Shown here one piece after another: positions 62,838-64,000 of a stretch of 64,000 nucleotides of DNA (positions are counted from its first letter, which is position 1; each line of letters starts with the position of its first letter). This stretch comes from Candidatus Bathyarchaeia archaeon. Its GTDB lineage: Archaea; Thermoproteota; Bathyarchaeia; Bathyarchaeales; Bathycorpusculaceae. The stretch spans positions 40,210 to 104,209 of the forward strand of contig JAVZLH010000003.1 of NCBI GenBank assembly GCA_038883855.1, written 5' to 3'. Made by a program: the position numbers and the translations under genes. Below the pieces are notes generated by a model that was not told where the DNA came from, made no database searches, and saw nothing but the letters and a program-made list of their open reading frames with translations.

Positions 62838-64000
62838 CTACTCAGGGATGATGCATCCTGGATTAAGTATATCGTTTGGGTCGAAAACCTTTTTAATTTT
62901 TTTCATAAGCTCTATTTGTTCTTTGTCTACAAGTTTTGCGAAAATTTTCGTATGCGTTTTCCCTAATCCATGTTCTCCTGACACAACCCCTCCTAACTCT
63001 TTATTCAAGCAGTAGATTTCCTCTAACATCTTCTCGCGGTCTTCTTTTCTCGGCCCTGCGCTATTTTCGTCTAGTATAAACACATGCAAGTTACCATCAC
63101 CTGCATGCCCAAGAAAAGGAATACGCGCATTGTATTTCTTTCCGATATCTTCCAACTTGTCCAGAAATTTAGCCATGCTAGCTCTGGGTAAAGTTATGTC
63201 TAGAAGATCGATTGCGGCATCTTTTATCACAGTATACAAATTGCTTCTTATAGCCAGCAGATCTTCTTGTTTTGGAATGTTTGTTTCAATTAAACCATCA
63301 ACAGGATCATATTTTTCGCAAATTTTATAGATTGTGTCGGCTGTAATGTATGCATCTTTTTCACTATCTCCTGTAATGATCATATAAAGAAAGAAGTCCC
63401 CACTTGACATAGGCCAACGTTTTCCAATTCTCTTTGCTGAGCGTTCCACAAAGTCTCTCTCCATATATTCTATGGCTAAAGGCGTTATATCCTCCTTTAA
63501 AATTGCAGGCACGGTTTCTATGGCTTTATGTCGGTTGGCATAGGCTACAACGATTGATGCCAGGGTTTTAGGTTTTGGATAAAGTCTAACAATTACTTTT
63601 GTTATAATTCCTAAAGTTCCCCCGCTTCCTATTAATAAGTGTAGGAGACTGTACCCTGACACGTCTTTGTAAACTTTTCCCCCTAGTGTTAATATTTTCC
63701 CTGTGGGTAGTACGACCTCTAAGCCCTTTACATAGTCTCTTAAAACTCCGTACCTAATACATCTTACACCTCCAGCATTACATGCCGTAACACCTCCAAT
63801 TTGAGCGCTCTCCTCGCCGGGATGAGGTGGGAACCAAAGACCGTATTTCTCAGCCTCCACGTTAAGAACCGAGAATGGTACTCCGGCTTCAACGACGGCC
63901 ATCATGTTCTCAGTGTCTATCTCTAATATTTTGTTAAGCCTTTCCAAGGAAATGACTATGCCATCCTTTGTGGGAATGGCGCCTCCCACCAATCCTGTTC
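62838..64000 (-). CDS. second GlcD/D-lactate dehydrogenase family FAD oxidoreductase (5' end beyond window)
   Basis: Same motifs as 60439-61818 (NAGG, RDYVKGLEVVLPTG, GHAGDGNLH, GEHG, FDP..ILNPG). Confidence 0.92.
   Translation of the reverse strand, partial: TGLVGGAIPTKDGIVISLERLNKILEIDTENMMAVVEAGVPFSVLNVEAEKYGLWFPPHPGEESAQIGGVTACNAGGVRCIRYGVLRDYVKGLEVVLPTGKILTLGGKVYKDVSGYSLLHLLIGSGGTLGIITKVIVRLYPKPKTLASIVVAYANRHKAIETVPAILKEDITPLAIEYMERDFVERSAKRIGKRWPMSSGDFFLYMIITGDSEKDAYITADTIYKICEKYDPVDGLIETNIPKQEDLLAIRSNLYTVIKDAAIDLLDITLPRASMAKFLDKLEDIGKKYNARIPFLGHAGDGNLHVFILDENSAGPRKEDREKMLEEIYCLNKELGGVVSGEHGLGKTHTKIFAKLVDKEQIELMKKIKKVFDPNDILNPGCIIPE
63874..64000 (-). repeat. 127-bp exact repeat, copy 2 (runs to window edge)
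   Basis: Identical to 61466-61592. Confidence 0.9.

Overview
Archaeal chromosome segment. Archaeal-type r-proteins, a 7S SRP RNA, and Ftr-family, Nfn, Hyp and AOR genes are present; the gene mix suggests Bathyarchaeia, but that is inference. From left to right: (1) 1-8.8 kb: a carbohydrate block (DUF89 end, glycogen debranching enzyme, galT, SRP RNA, cutA, fba, PPi-type pfk, GT2). Five genes here carry small indels or deletions. (2) 8.8-21 kb: an intact rpl22-to-secY-cmk ribosomal superoperon on the minus strand, with an Hsp20 gene inserted between rpl30 and rpl15 and a short rps14 missed by the ORF track. (3) 21.5-33 kb: hypE/hypFCD, etfBA, nfn and trxB. (4) 33-43.5 kb: two convergent purine operons, purM-purS-purL-purQ and purF-purD-HAD-Ftr-like-PfkB. 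They cover steps 1, 2, 4 and 5 of de novo purine synthesis but contain no purN/purT. The best candidate for a new system is the translationally coupled HAD phosphatase + divergent Ftr + PfkB kinase trio (EhaR/EhaS/EhaT-like), which could be a non-canonical GAR formylation route. (5) 44-64 kb: an apparently more AT-rich accessory region holding a small-acid/polyol catabolic set (Zn-ADH, split UxaA, a GlpF-like channel lacking both NPA motifs, LUD-FeS-CCG fusion, MoaD, AOR, BASS, OCD-family, two GlcD paralogs, cupin). It also holds a MoxR-peptidase-like-VWA triad whose junction shows a split Zn ribbon and an in-frame -1 slippery site. No rRNA, tRNA, CRISPR array or intact transposase was recognised. 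All family calls come from motif recognition by eye, with no database search.
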